Positions 27,732 through 37,022 of a DNA stretch of 64,000 bases are shown here, in pieces. The notes beneath the pieces were generated by a model. The model did not search any database and had not been told where the DNA came from. It saw only the letters and a program-made list of their open reading frames with translations. Source of the stretch: an uncultured Chloroflexota bacterium (lineage in GTDB: Bacteria; Chloroflexota; UBA11872; VXNJ01); the NCBI GenBank assembly GCA_964496475.1, contig CAZBZS010000004.1, forward strand, positions 11,775-75,774, written 5' to 3'. A program made the translations under genes and the position numbers. How positions within the stretch are numbered: position 1 is the first letter of the stretch; the number at the start of each line of letters is the position of its first letter.

Positions 27732-28904
27732 CGGGAATTTGGGATGGCCGGCGTCCAAGCGCGGGTTTTCAGCGACGTAGTCGGCTAGGGTGCCGACGAC
27801 CTCCAGGGCAGCGGGAGCGCCGAAAAGCTCGCCTTTCAGGATTTCGTCCTCGCTGGCTCGCATGACGGTTACCGGGATCGGCTTATCCGGGTCCAGATTT
27901 CACAGAATCTGGCAGTAGGTGGACTTGGTGCCGTCCTCGGCCAACTTAACGCCGTCCATTTACAGGATCTGATCCTTGAGGTCCAGGCCGAGTGCGGCGG
28001 CCGGAGGGCCCGGATGCACGCCGACGACGTGAATGCCGGAGTAGCCGGTCTGCTCGGCCGACGCGGCGTCGGAAGTGAGGCCGATCCAGCGGCTGTTCTC
28101 CCCCTGCCGCAGATTTTCGATCGAGTCCAGCAGATCGCCGATCGACAGCATCAGGGCGTCGTACCGATTGACTCTGGTCTGGACTGATCCGGCGCGAATC
28201 CCTAGGACGTTTCCAGAGCTGTCGAGTATCGGGTCGGAATAATGGTAGGCGTCCGCCGGATGTGACACCAGACGGACGGCGTCCACCTCTACGGTGGCCC
28301 CGTCGAGATCCACGCCTTTGACCCGCCGGTGTTTGAAATTGTAAGTCCCGAGAGTATCGACATATTGTGGGACGTAAACTCCATCGCCGTCTTCGAGCGA
28401 CAGCGCTTTCAGATCCAGATATGTGTAACCAGCGACGGAAAGGCGAATCACGGCCAGATTCAAGCATTCGTTCCCGGAGACGTAATGAGCAGTTACCGGC
28501 TCGTCTGTGCCGGGAAGAAGCACCGAAAGAGTTTCGCTTCCGGTTACCAGGATGTTTCTAGTGACCGCGTAGCCGTCGTCGCTGATCGGGAATCCGGCGA
28601 CGAGATCGATCGCCGTCTCCGGACTGGACGACGGAGGCCACAAGACCTGAATCAGGGCGGACTCCGCACTTTCGGGGCTGGAGGGCATGGAGGTCGCTAG
28701 TGGGGTTGTCGCCACCGGCGTCGCTGGGGCGAGAGTTGGTTCCTCCGCGGACGCGACTATCGGGGAGTCCGGGGTGGATGTAGAGCCGACAGAGGTCGGA
28801 GTCGCTCCGCCGGACCCGCCACAACCACCTAGGAGCAGGGACATCGTCAAGCCGATGGCCATCAGCGTGATTCGTCGGGCCCCGAAGACAGAACCAAGAA
28901 TCAT
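27732..28904 (-). pseudogene. trypsin-like (S1C) protease-PDZ lipoprotein with two in-frame stops and a degenerate catalytic triad; 3' end undefined
   Basis: Lipobox LLLGGCGG. The PDZ region reads GIHVVGVHPGPPAAALGLDLKDQIL-TAA(27960)-MDGVKLAEDGTKSTYCQIL-TGA(27900)-NLDPDKPIPVTVMRASEDEILKGELFG, all in one frame. At the expected His/Asp/Ser sites I read TRNILV, LNLAVI and DPILDSSG. Confidence 0.6.
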
Positions 28905-29118
28905 AACCCTGTACCTCCAATAGTCGTAACCACGCGCTTAATTTCCGATTTAGCGCCACATATCAGCGTTGGGTAACGCTGGCCCGGATCGCCCAATCCT
29001 GCGCAGATCTTCTTCCTGCAGGGGCGACGTGCCCCTCCCGGAACCTGGCTACCGTATCCTTGGCAGTGCGGGCAGGTTGGAAAACGCAGACTCTTAAAGA
29101 GTGAAATGAGAGATCACC

Positions 29119-29577
29119 GTGGGCGCTGAGGACCGTCTTGGTGAACTTCACATAACGTTACCGGAGCCGGCCCGGCCGTTGGGTTCTTACGTTACGGCGG
29201 TGCGCACCGGCGACCTCTTATTTACGGCCGGACATCTGCCAGCTTCGCTGGATGGACGCCAATGGCAGGGCAAAGTCGGGTCCGACTTCACGGTGGACAA
29301 GGGCGCCGAAGCCGCTCGCCTCACCGGGCTGAACCTCTTGGCCACGGTGCGTGATGCGGTCGGGAGCCTGGATAACGTGGTCAGGGTCGTCAAGCTGACC
29401 GGATTCGTCAACAGCGCCCCCGGTTTCAATCAACAGCCGTCCGTCATCAATGGCTGTTCCGATCTCTTCGCCGAGGTGTTTGGCAAGGCCGGAATCCATG
29501 CCCGCTCGGCGGTTGGCGTAGGCGACCTTCCACTAGATACTCCGGTGGAAATCGAAGCTATTTTCGAGGTCATGTAG
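29119..29577 (+). CDS. RidA/YjgF family reactive-intermediate deaminase
   Basis: 152 aa, GTG start. Typical RidA length and a C-terminal ARSAVGVGDLPLDTPVEIEAI. Confidence 0.88.
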   Translation: MGAEDRLGELHITLPEPARPLGSYVTAVRTGDLLFTAGHLPASLDGRQWQGKVGSDFTVDKGAEAARLTGLNLLATVRDAVGSLDNVVRVVKLTGFVNSAPGFNQQPSVINGCSDLFAEVFGKAGIHARSAVGVGDLPLDTPVEIEAIFEVM

Positions 29578-29607
29578 CCGCCACCCGGGCTGGGCGGGCC
29601 CGACCCC

Positions 29608-30180
29608 GTGGAAGGACGGGGCGGGACTATGAGAAATCTTTACACCGTACTTCCCTTCCGTGTTTTCTTTTTCTTCGTGGTTATTGTCGTTGGCCGTCTC
29701 ATCCAAGTCCGTCCGTATCAGGAGCTCACCGAAATCCTGACCGCGGGTCGGGCCGCTGATAGCGAGAGGGAGATTGTGCGGGCCACAGTGATCGGGTCGG
29801 CAGACGAAATCCTGGTGGCCGCACGCGGGGCGGCGGATTTTCTGACAAATGGCGCCAGCGTGGCCAATCTGTCAGAGACCACCGATGGAATCGTTCTGGA
29901 TGTCGATCCGCCGCTTGCCGTCGACACCACCGGGGCGGCGCTGGTGGCGCTGTCTTCCGCGATCGTGGGGGGCAAGGAACGGACGGTGGTGCGCGGCGGC
30001 GATCTGGTTATGATCTTTGGCAGAAGGGATGCCGCGGGGCCTCTACGGGCCGACATCATTTCGGCCCTGCCGCCAGCGGAGCTCTATAATGATCGGCTGC
30101 GCGCGGCCGTCCGGGTATTCGTCGGCGGTCTGGGGATGCTTGCCGCGTTCTTCTTGCTGCCGCCGGTCGCACGATTTTGA
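29608..30180 (+). CDS. hypothetical two-TM protein with an extracytoplasmic domain
   Basis: 190 aa. N-terminal TM (VFFFFVVIVVG) and C-terminal TM (VFVGGLGMLAAFFLL). No recognisable motif. Confidence 0.45.
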   Translation: MEGRGGTMRNLYTVLPFRVFFFFVVIVVGRLIQVRPYQELTEILTAGRAADSEREIVRATVIGSADEILVAARGAADFLTNGASVANLSETTDGIVLDVDPPLAVDTTGAALVALSSAIVGGKERTVVRGGDLVMIFGRRDAAGPLRADIISALPPAELYNDRLRAAVRVFVGGLGMLAAFFLLPPVARF

Positions 30181-30349
30181 CGTCGCCTGGCCGGCGAAAT
30201 CCGGCGCGATCGCGCCAGTTGCCGCCGTCGCGCCGAGCTACGGGAGCGTGGCGAATGCCCTGCCTGCCAGCCCCCGGCCGCTCGTGGTTTCATCGCCTGT
30301 GTCGAATGCGGCCGGGCGCTCGAACGCGGCATTCAGCTGAGAGAAATCC

Positions 30350-30664
30350 GTGAGTCGTTGCAAGCGTTGCGGGAAGGCTCTGCTCTTGTCGGCTGTTGGG
30401 CCCGTATCCGCATCGCTGCGCTTTTCCCGCGACCGGGGAATGAAACTTGAAATTCGATCGACTGACGTCTCCATCGCCGATGCCCGAGCGGTGAGGCACG
30501 TATTGTCGCGGGTCGGCGCTCCCGCCGCCCGCGAACCGGGCCCGATCTGGATGATCAATTTCAACGATTCCGTCGGCCGCGCCGTCGCCGCCGCGCACGG
30601 AATTTTTCAGGAAGTCTATCGGGTGGACCGGGACTACATGCTCGAGATGCGCCGCCTGCCCTGA
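30350..30664 (+). CDS. hypothetical small protein (start may be the ATG at 30440)
   Basis: The ORF ends ...PIWMINFNDSVGRAVAAAHGIFQEVYRVDRDYMLEMRRLP. It is followed by a hairpin. No family was recognised. Confidence 0.35.
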   Translation: MSRCKRCGKALLLSAVGPVSASLRFSRDRGMKLEIRSTDVSIADARAVRHVLSRVGAPAAREPGPIWMINFNDSVGRAVAAAHGIFQEVYRVDRDYMLEMRRLP

Positions 30665-30681
30665 ACCGAGAAAGCACCGAA

Positions 30682-30708
30682 GCCCGCAACGGCCTTGCCG
30701 TTGCGGGC
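30682..30708 (-). terminator. 11-bp stem-loop between convergent transcription units
   Basis: GCCCGCAACGG-5 nt-CCGTTGCGGGC. On the minus strand it is followed by TTCGGTGCTTTCT (moderately U-rich). On the plus strand there is no U tract. Confidence 0.45.
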
Positions 30709-30765
30709 TCCAGCTCTTGACAGTGAATCCGGCGACTCTGCCCCCTTGTACGGAGGGATCCGCCG

Positions 30766-30825
30766 CTAGAGGTACTTGACCTCCAGGGAGGGTGCGCCGG
30801 ACTCACTATCTATACGTTCAGACAT
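30766..30825 (-). CDS. candidate 19-aa micro-ORF (MSERIDSESGAPSLEVKYL)
   Basis: The ATG at 30825 is preceded by GAAAGGGGGTGAT, a near-complete complement of the 16S 3' end. TAG stop at 30766. The hairpin at 30708-30682 is about 58 nt downstream. Confidence 0.3.
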   Translation of the reverse strand: MSERIDSESGAPSLEVKYL

Positions 30826-31014
30826 ATGGGCATCACCCCCTTTCATCGCCGCAAAACTAGCACGGGAATTGGACGTGGGTCAACGGATTCTATCCGGGGG
30901 AAACCGGGCCGGGGAACTGCCGGATATACTGGCGTTTTCGGGGGGGCGAGCGCCCCCGAAATTTAAATTACGGAGCCGCGTGCGGACCGGTTTGCTCGGC
31001 CGCTGAAGCCGTTG

Positions 31015-31500
31015 CTACATGTCTTCTTGCAGCCCTACGTTGATCTGCAGCTTGCCCAGATCGGTCTTCAACGGCAGCGCCACCGTAGGCATCGTCATCG
31101 TGGATATGCGGGGTCCCTTGCCCTCGATGATCGTAGGGGGCGAAAGATCGTAGTTATGGCCGGCCTCCTTCAGCAATATGGCGGCCTAGCCGGTAATCAT
31201 GTTGCCGAGTTCACCGATCGCACTCCACCCCAGATCGTCAAGTTCGGTTACCGGCTTGCCCATCACGGCTGAGAAGATACCGATGGCCATTTCCATGCGC
31301 ATTGAGTAGAGAACCACCCCTTTCACCTTTCCCGTTACCCCGATCAAAGCGGTCACATCCTGCGGACTGAGACTGTCGGTGGATAGGCTGAGCTGGCCGT
31401 CTCGTTCAACTTCGACGTTGGCTTCCGTGCTCAGCACCTCATTGGCGGCGGTGATGAATGGGTTTATGAGTTGTGCCTTCATATTTGTGGCCAGCTCCAT
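31015..31500 (-). pseudogene. CheX-like chemotaxis phosphatase-fold protein with a single in-frame TAG
   Basis: MELATNMKAQLINPFITAANEVL...GELGNMITG-TAG(31186-31188)-AAILLKEAGHNYDLSPPTIIEGKGTPRISTMTMPTVALPLKTDLGKLQINVGLQEDM. The frame stays open and family-like for 57 codons after the stop. Confidence 0.65.
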
Positions 31501-31602
31501 CGGCGGTTCGGCTCCGTGTCCGTCGGAAGTAGCGAGGCTCTGCGATATGCAACATTCAGTATCCTTTGCGTATCCGTTTGGGACTGTAACCGAGGCCACA
31601 GC

Positions 31603-32289
31603 ATGGTGGCTGCCCACATGAAGTTTGTCGTCTCGCTGAGACTTCCGGTCACTGGAGAACGATTGACCGAAACCGAGAACTATGTAGCCTGGGATCTTGA
31701 GACGTTGCGTTTGAGTTGGGAGGTTCCCGGTCGCTGGACCAACCCGGCTGGCTTCGGCCTGAGCGTTGCCGTGACTCAGGATCGCATGGGCTCCGTGCAG
31801 ACATGGGTCGAAGGCGAGGCCGCCAAACTCATCGAGTATCTCAACCGCTTCGATACGGTTGTGGGATTCAATTCCCGCCGATTCGATAACAAAGTTCTTG
31901 GCGCGTACGGCGATGTCACGGTGCTCGATATGCATACCGTGGACCTGCTGGAAGACATCTCGGCCGCCTGTGGCCGCCCCAACTGCGTATCACTGGATCG
32001 GCTTGCCGAATGCCTGTTTGGCGAGACCAAACTGCTCGACGATCCCACCGATGCCGTTCGCATGTGGCGCACCGGTCGTCCCGAGGATCGCGAGTACGTG
32101 GTCCGTTATTGCCAACAGGATGTCGACCTCACGTTCCGCGCCTACGAGTTCGGCCGCCGCAATGGATTCGTAATCGTCCCGGCTCCAGACACTTTCTGGA
32201 ACGAGCTGCCGCTGGTCGCCCGGGTACCGGTTGAATGGGGCGACGAAATCGTCCGGCCGCTTGTTCAGCCGGAAGCCCTGGACCTTTAG
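31603..32289 (+). CDS. DEDDy-type 3'-5' exonuclease (RNase H-like, PolB-exo-like)
   Basis: Motifs WDLET (ExoI), GFNSRRFDNKVL (ExoII) and YCQQDVDLT (ExoIII). The start is at ATG 31603 or 31618. Confidence 0.7.
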   Translation: MVAAHMKFVVSLRLPVTGERLTETENYVAWDLETLRLSWEVPGRWTNPAGFGLSVAVTQDRMGSVQTWVEGEAAKLIEYLNRFDTVVGFNSRRFDNKVLGAYGDVTVLDMHTVDLLEDISAACGRPNCVSLDRLAECLFGETKLLDDPTDAVRMWRTGRPEDREYVVRYCQQDVDLTFRAYEFGRRNGFVIVPAPDTFWNELPLVARVPVEWGDEIVRPLVQPEALDL

Positions 32290-32347
32290 TTGCCGTGTCC
32301 CGTGCCATGCATGATGCCGCGGGCGATCCGGCCGGCAGGTCTCACTC

Positions 32348-35300
32348 GTGATCGCCGACGACCGCCCCGGGCTCTCCGCCGGTGTCTCCGGCGCCATCTC
32401 ACCCGACCTCCCACCGAACGCCCCTACACCGGTGGCCACAGCGTCGCACCGACGGAGGCGAGGCGCTTTCCTGACCGGCATCACCCTCGCCGCGATCCTC
32501 CTGCTGGCCCTGGTCCTCCGTCTGATCGGGCTGGATTGGGACAGCGGCAAGCATCTTCACCCTGATGAACGCTTTCTCACGATCGTCGAGACCTCGATTC
32601 GCTGGCCGTCATCCCTGGCCGAGTACTTCGACCCCACTCGCTCGCCTCTAAATCCATTCCTCCGGCCCGACATTTCCTTCTTCGTCTACGGGACGTTTCC
32701 GCTGTTCCTGGTGAAGGCGTTGGGCACCCTCACCCTTTACACAACCTACGACACGATCAATCTGGTTGGTCGTGTGGTCTCGGCCGTGTTCGACGCCAGC
32801 ACTATTCTGATTCTGTTTCTGCTCACCCGGCGGCTGTTCGATCGCCGCGTGGCCCTGCTTGCCGCTCTGTTTGGCGCTCTCAGCGTATTGAGCATTCAGC
32901 TATCCCATTTCTTCGCGGTCGACACGTTTTCCACGTTCTTCGTCACCGCCGCCCTTTACTTCGCCCTTCGCGTGTATCGGGAGCAACGCTGGTATCTGTT
33001 CGCCGGTCTCGGGCTCGTCACCGGCCTGGCGCTTGCCAGCAAGCTCAGCAGCGCCCTGATAGTCCCTTTTATCGTCGCCTACCTGATTGCCCGGTACCTC
33101 CGCGATCGTCGCATCGTCGCGCGCCCGCCCGGGTTGCCGCTTTTGGTCGCCGGGTTGCTGTTGGCGGTCGTAACGGCCGCTTTTATTTTCCGAATAACCC
33201 AGCCCTACGCTTTTGCCGGCGGCAATCTGCTGGATTTTCGCCTGGCTCGCGATTTCTTGGACGCCGTAAATCAGCAGCGCCAAATCCAAGAGGGCACTTA
33301 CGATTGGCCGCCCGGCATCCAATGGGCGGGCACCACCCCGTATCTGTTCCCGCTCAAGAACATCGTCCTCTGGGGACTCGGCCCGGCCCTGGGTTTTGCC
33401 GCACTGGCGGGTCTCGTATTCGCCTCCTGGCGGCTGACCGTTCGGCGTGACTGGCCGCTTTTCATTCCGGTCGTCTGGACCCTGTTGAACTTTGCTTACT
33501 TCGGCGCACTGGTTCTCAAGACCATGCGCTACTACCAGCCCATGTACCCGATGCTCGCGATGCTCGCCGCCTGGGGCCTTTACTACGCTTGGGACCGGCG
33601 ATCGAGATTGCGCCGGCTTCCGGTCCCCGCCTCGACGCTACCACTGGCGTTGTTCGCCATCGTGATCGTGGGGACCGCCCTGTGGGCGACAGCGTTTGTC
33701 AGCATCTACACTCGCCCGGTAACCCGTATCGCCGCCAGCGAATGGATTCACACGTCCATTCCGGCGGGCACGACGATCGCCGTGGAGCACTGGGACGACA
33801 CCCTGCCGCTGGGCCTGCCGGGATTCGGCGGCGCCGAACGCTACAACATGTTGCAGCTACCCCTGTACGACGACGACACCACGGCCAAAAGGGAGCGGGT
33901 GCTCGACATTATCAATCAGACGGAATTCATCGTGCTCAGCAGCAATCGCCTCAGCGGCAGCATCCCCCGCATGCCGGGTCGCTATCCGATGACCATCCGC
34001 TACTACGACGCCCTCTTCTCCGGCGAGCTTGGCTTTGATGAGGTAGCCGACTTCACCAGCTACCCCTCGCTGCTTGGAATTGAGATTTCCGACGATTCCG
34101 CCGAGGAGGCTTTCACTGTTTACGATCATCCGCGGGTGCGCATCTTTCAGAAGGCGGCCGGATTCGACGCAAACACGGTCCGCGCCATTCTGGCCGGCAT
34201 TGACCTCACCGCCGCCGCGCGGATCTTGCCCCGCGACGCCGGAACCCCCGATCTTCTCCTGAGCACGGCCGACAGGGAGCGGGTACAATCCACCGGCTCG
34301 CTTCCCAGGCAGCTTTTCGGCGAGTCGATTTTCGCCCGATACCCGGCGGTCGCCTGGTTCCTGCTGGTGCTGGTGGCCGGTCTCGCCTCGTGGCCGCTGG
34401 TAAGCCTTGCGCTTTCCCGCCTGCCGGATGCCGGTTACTTCGCCGCCCGGCCGTTTGGCTTGCTCCTGCTTGTTTATCCGGCCTGGATGCTGGGGAGCCA
34501 GCGCTGGGTGCCGTTCGGCCGAAGTTCGTTGCTGGCCGGACTGGCGCTCCTGCTGGCCACCGGCATCGCCGTGGGATGGTTCCGGCGACACCGGTTGCTC
34601 CAGACCATCCGGTCGGCCTGGCCGGCTCTGGTCGTGGGCGAGCTTGTCTTCCTGGCCGCCTTCCTCTTCCTGTTAGTGATTCGCATGGCCAATCCCGACC
34701 TCTGGCACACCGTCTTTGGCGGCGAAAAACCCATGGATTTTGCTCATCTCAATGCCATGCTGCGCACGGATTATTTCCCGCCTTACGACCCCTGGTGGGC
34801 CGGCGGTTACATCAATTACTATTATTTCGGCCAGCTGTTCACCGCCGGTCCGTCGCTTGCGTTAGGCATCCAGCCAGCAGTGGCCTACAACCTGGGTCTG
34901 CCGGCGATGTTCGCCGTCACCGCGGCTGCGATCTTTTCGTTCGGCTTCAACATCTGGCGCGGTGTCGGCCGAAAACGCTTCGCGGCCATCGGCGTGGGGC
35001 TGCTGGCCGTCTTCCTCACGCTGTTCCTTGGCAATCTTGATTCTCTGGTACAGCTATTTCAGATCACCGCGCGCCGCGCGCCCGGGGCCGCGACGGGACT
35101 ATCCGTTCTTTCGCAGGTTCCCAGTACGCTTCTCGGCGGAACCTTCAGCGCCAATTTCGACTTCTGGCGCAGCACGCGGGTCATCGAGCAGACCGTCAAC
35201 GAATTTCCCTACTTCACCTTTCTCTACGGTGATCTCCATCCCCATCTGCTCGATCTCGGCTGGACCATCGTGACTCTGGTCGCGGTCGTTGCGCTGGTGC

Positions 35301-36928
35301 TGGCCCGCCCGGTTCCCGGCCTCTTTGCAGCCGGAGCGACGCTTCAATCGCGCGCGCTGGCGTTCGTCCGCGGCGACCACTTGCCGCCGCTGGTGCTGAT
35401 CGCCGTCACGCTCGGTGTCCATCGAGTTACGAACCCATGGGACTTTCCCACCTACCTGCTGCTCACCGTCCTGGCGCTGGTCTATTCGTTGTGGCGTGGA
35501 CATGGGCGATTTGGTTGGAGCTTCCTGGTCGTCCCGGTACTGGCTGCCGGAGGGCTGATGGCGGCCAGCCTGGCGCTCTTCACTCCGTTTCATACCAATT
35601 TCGGCGTCTTCTTCAGCGGCGTGGTTCCGACCCCCGAGACAACTCCACTGAGCTTGTATTTGCTGTTCTTCGGGGTCTTTTTCCTGATATTGCTGAGCTT
35701 CGCCGGGCTCAGTTTCGTTCCTCGACGGGTTCGCGGGTGGTATTCGACCGGCTTCAAAGTCGGCCTCGCCAGCCCGGTCAGGCTAGTGAGATACGTTTCT
35801 CTGGCCGCAGCGCTCGGGCGCTGGCGACGTCTGCCCGCTATCTGGGTATTGATGTTTCCGGCTGTAGCGTTGCTTGTGCTGCTCGCTGCCGCCGCCACCA
35901 GCCAGTCCTGGTCCACTCCGGCGGCGCAGACCGGGTTGATCGTAATCGGCCTGGGGATTCCGATTCTCTGGATAATCGGGGCTGGACGCGTTCCGCCGGT
36001 CCCCTGGCCTCTTCTCATTCTTGGGATTTCTCTATTTCTCCTGGTGATCGCCGACTACCCGTGGTCCACACGCTTATTTCAGCCACTGGCCGTCATCCTG
36101 GCGGTTGCGGCTGCCCTGAAGAATCGCCGTGACCCGATCCGCTTCATCCCGATGGCTCTGCTGGTCGGGGCGCTGTTGTTGACCGCCCTCCCCGAGTGGT
36201 ACGCGCTGGAGGGCGACATCGGCCGGCTGAACACTGTCTTCAAGTCCTACTATCAGGCGTGGGTGATGCTGGCTCTGGCCAGCGCTCTGGTGTTGCCACA
36301 ACTGATTCCCGCCATCCTGCGCCGCTTTGGGGGTTGGTTCAGCGTCGGCGGCTCGTTTTTGCTGGCGACGATCGCCATCTCCATTTTTGGGTCTGCTCTT
36401 TATCCGATCGGGGCGACCCCGGTGAAAATCGACCTCCGCATCGATCACACCGAACCGACTCTGGACGGCACGGCCTACATGGTCGAAGGGGTGATCAACG
36501 ATCGCGGGCGCGAGATCGAGCTCCGCTACGACAAGCAGGCCATCGACTGGATTCTGTCCAACGTGGAAGGCCGCCCGACAATCCTGGAGGCCACGGTGGA
36601 TATTTATCATTGGGGTTCGCGAATCTCCATAAACACCGGCCTGCCCACTGTGCTCGGTTGGGACTGGCACGAAAAACAGCAGCGCTGGCCCTATCGCCAC
36701 GAGGTGGATGCGCGCCGCCGGGATGTCGAGCTTGCCTACAGCACGACGAACGTGACCGAGCTCCTGAATGTGCTCGATCGTTACGGCGTCGATCTCATCT
36801 ACATCGGTGAACTGGAGCGTGCCTACTATCCGGCCAATGGGCTGGCAAAATTTGATGATCTGACCGATCGCGGCCTGGACGTCATCTATGAGAACCGGGA
36901 TGTCCGTATCTACCGGGTATCGTCTTGA
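32348..36928 (+). CDS. 1526-aa polytopic membrane protein: N-terminal PMT_2/ArnT-like GT-C module fused to a DUF2298 (Chlor_Arch_YYY) module
   Basis: HLHPDERFLTIVE (DE loop after TM1). Many TM segments. GGEKPMDFAHLNAMLRTDYFPPYDPWWAGGYINYYYFGQ. The C-terminal soluble domain is ...TGLPTVLGWDWHEKQQRW...YIGELERAYY. Confidence 0.85.
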   Translation: MIADDRPGLSAGVSGAISPDLPPNAPTPVATASHRRRRGAFLTGITLAAILLLALVLRLIGLDWDSGKHLHPDERFLTIVETSIRWPSSLAEYFDPTRSPLNPFLRPDISFFVYGTFPLFLVKALGTLTLYTTYDTINLVGRVVSAVFDASTILILFLLTRRLFDRRVALLAALFGALSVLSIQLSHFFAVDTFSTFFVTAALYFALRVYREQRWYLFAGLGLVTGLALASKLSSALIVPFIVAYLIARYLRDRRIVARPPGLPLLVAGLLLAVVTAAFIFRITQPYAFAGGNLLDFRLARDFLDAVNQQRQIQEGTYDWPPGIQWAGTTPYLFPLKNIVLWGLGPALGFAALAGLVFASWRLTVRRDWPLFIPVVWTLLNFAYFGALVLKTMRYYQPMYPMLAMLAAWGLYYAWDRRSRLRRLPVPASTLPLALFAIVIVGTALWATAFVSIYTRPVTRIAASEWIHTSIPAGTTIAVEHWDDTLPLGLPGFGGAERYNMLQLPLYDDDTTAKRERVLDIINQTEFIVLSSNRLSGSIPRMPGRYPMTIRYYDALFSGELGFDEVADFTSYPSLLGIEISDDSAEEAFTVYDHPRVRIFQKAAGFDANTVRAILAGIDLTAAARILPRDAGTPDLLLSTADRERVQSTGSLPRQLFGESIFARYPAVAWFLLVLVAGLASWPLVSLALSRLPDAGYFAARPFGLLLLVYPAWMLGSQRWVPFGRSSLLAGLALLLATGIAVGWFRRHRLLQTIRSAWPALVVGELVFLAAFLFLLVIRMANPDLWHTVFGGEKPMDFAHLNAMLRTDYFPPYDPWWAGGYINYYYFGQLFTAGPSLALGIQPAVAYNLGLPAMFAVTAAAIFSFGFNIWRGVGRKRFAAIGVGLLAVFLTLFLGNLDSLVQLFQITARRAPGAATGLSVLSQVPSTLLGGTFSANFDFWRSTRVIEQTVNEFPYFTFLYGDLHPHLLDLGWTIVTLVAVVALVLARPVPGLFAAGATLQSRALAFVRGDHLPPLVLIAVTLGVHRVTNPWDFPTYLLLTVLALVYSLWRGHGRFGWSFLVVPVLAAGGLMAASLALFTPFHTNFGVFFSGVVPTPETTPLSLYLLFFGVFFLILLSFAGLSFVPRRVRGWYSTGFKVGLASPVRLVRYVSLAAALGRWRRLPAIWVLMFPAVALLVLLAAAATSQSWSTPAAQTGLIVIGLGIPILWIIGAGRVPPVPWPLLILGISLFLLVIADYPWSTRLFQPLAVILAVAAALKNRRDPIRFIPMALLVGALLLTALPEWYALEGDIGRLNTVFKSYYQAWVMLALASALVLPQLIPAILRRFGGWFSVGGSFLLATIAISIFGSALYPIGATPVKIDLRIDHTEPTLDGTAYMVEGVINDRGREIELRYDKQAIDWILSNVEGRPTILEATVDIYHWGSRISINTGLPTVLGWDWHEKQQRWPYRHEVDARRRDVELAYSTTNVTELLNVLDRYGVDLIYIGELERAYYPANGLAKFDDLTDRGLDVIYENRDVRIYRVSS

Positions 36929-37022
36929 CGGGACGTAAACTGACCGCCGGCCTGCGCTCGCCGCTTTTGACGATCTCGCAGCCGACCGAAAGGATCCAGC
37001 AATAAGCGACTCGCTTCTCTGG

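Noticed and set aside
30178-30433. Read-through of the TGA ending the 29608-30180 membrane protein into an 84-codon open frame containing CxxC...CxxC
   Set aside because: The extension is extremely Arg-rich (RRLAGEIRRDRASCRRRAELRERGE), typical of an off-frame translation of GC-rich DNA. It also overlaps a better-looking ORF in another frame.
30936-30961. Hairpin TTTCGGGGG-N8-CCCCCGAAA as an intrinsic terminator for the CheX-like gene
   Set aside because: On the minus strand the stem is followed by A-rich rather than U-rich sequence. On the plus strand no gene ends nearby. It is structurally real but functionally unassignable.
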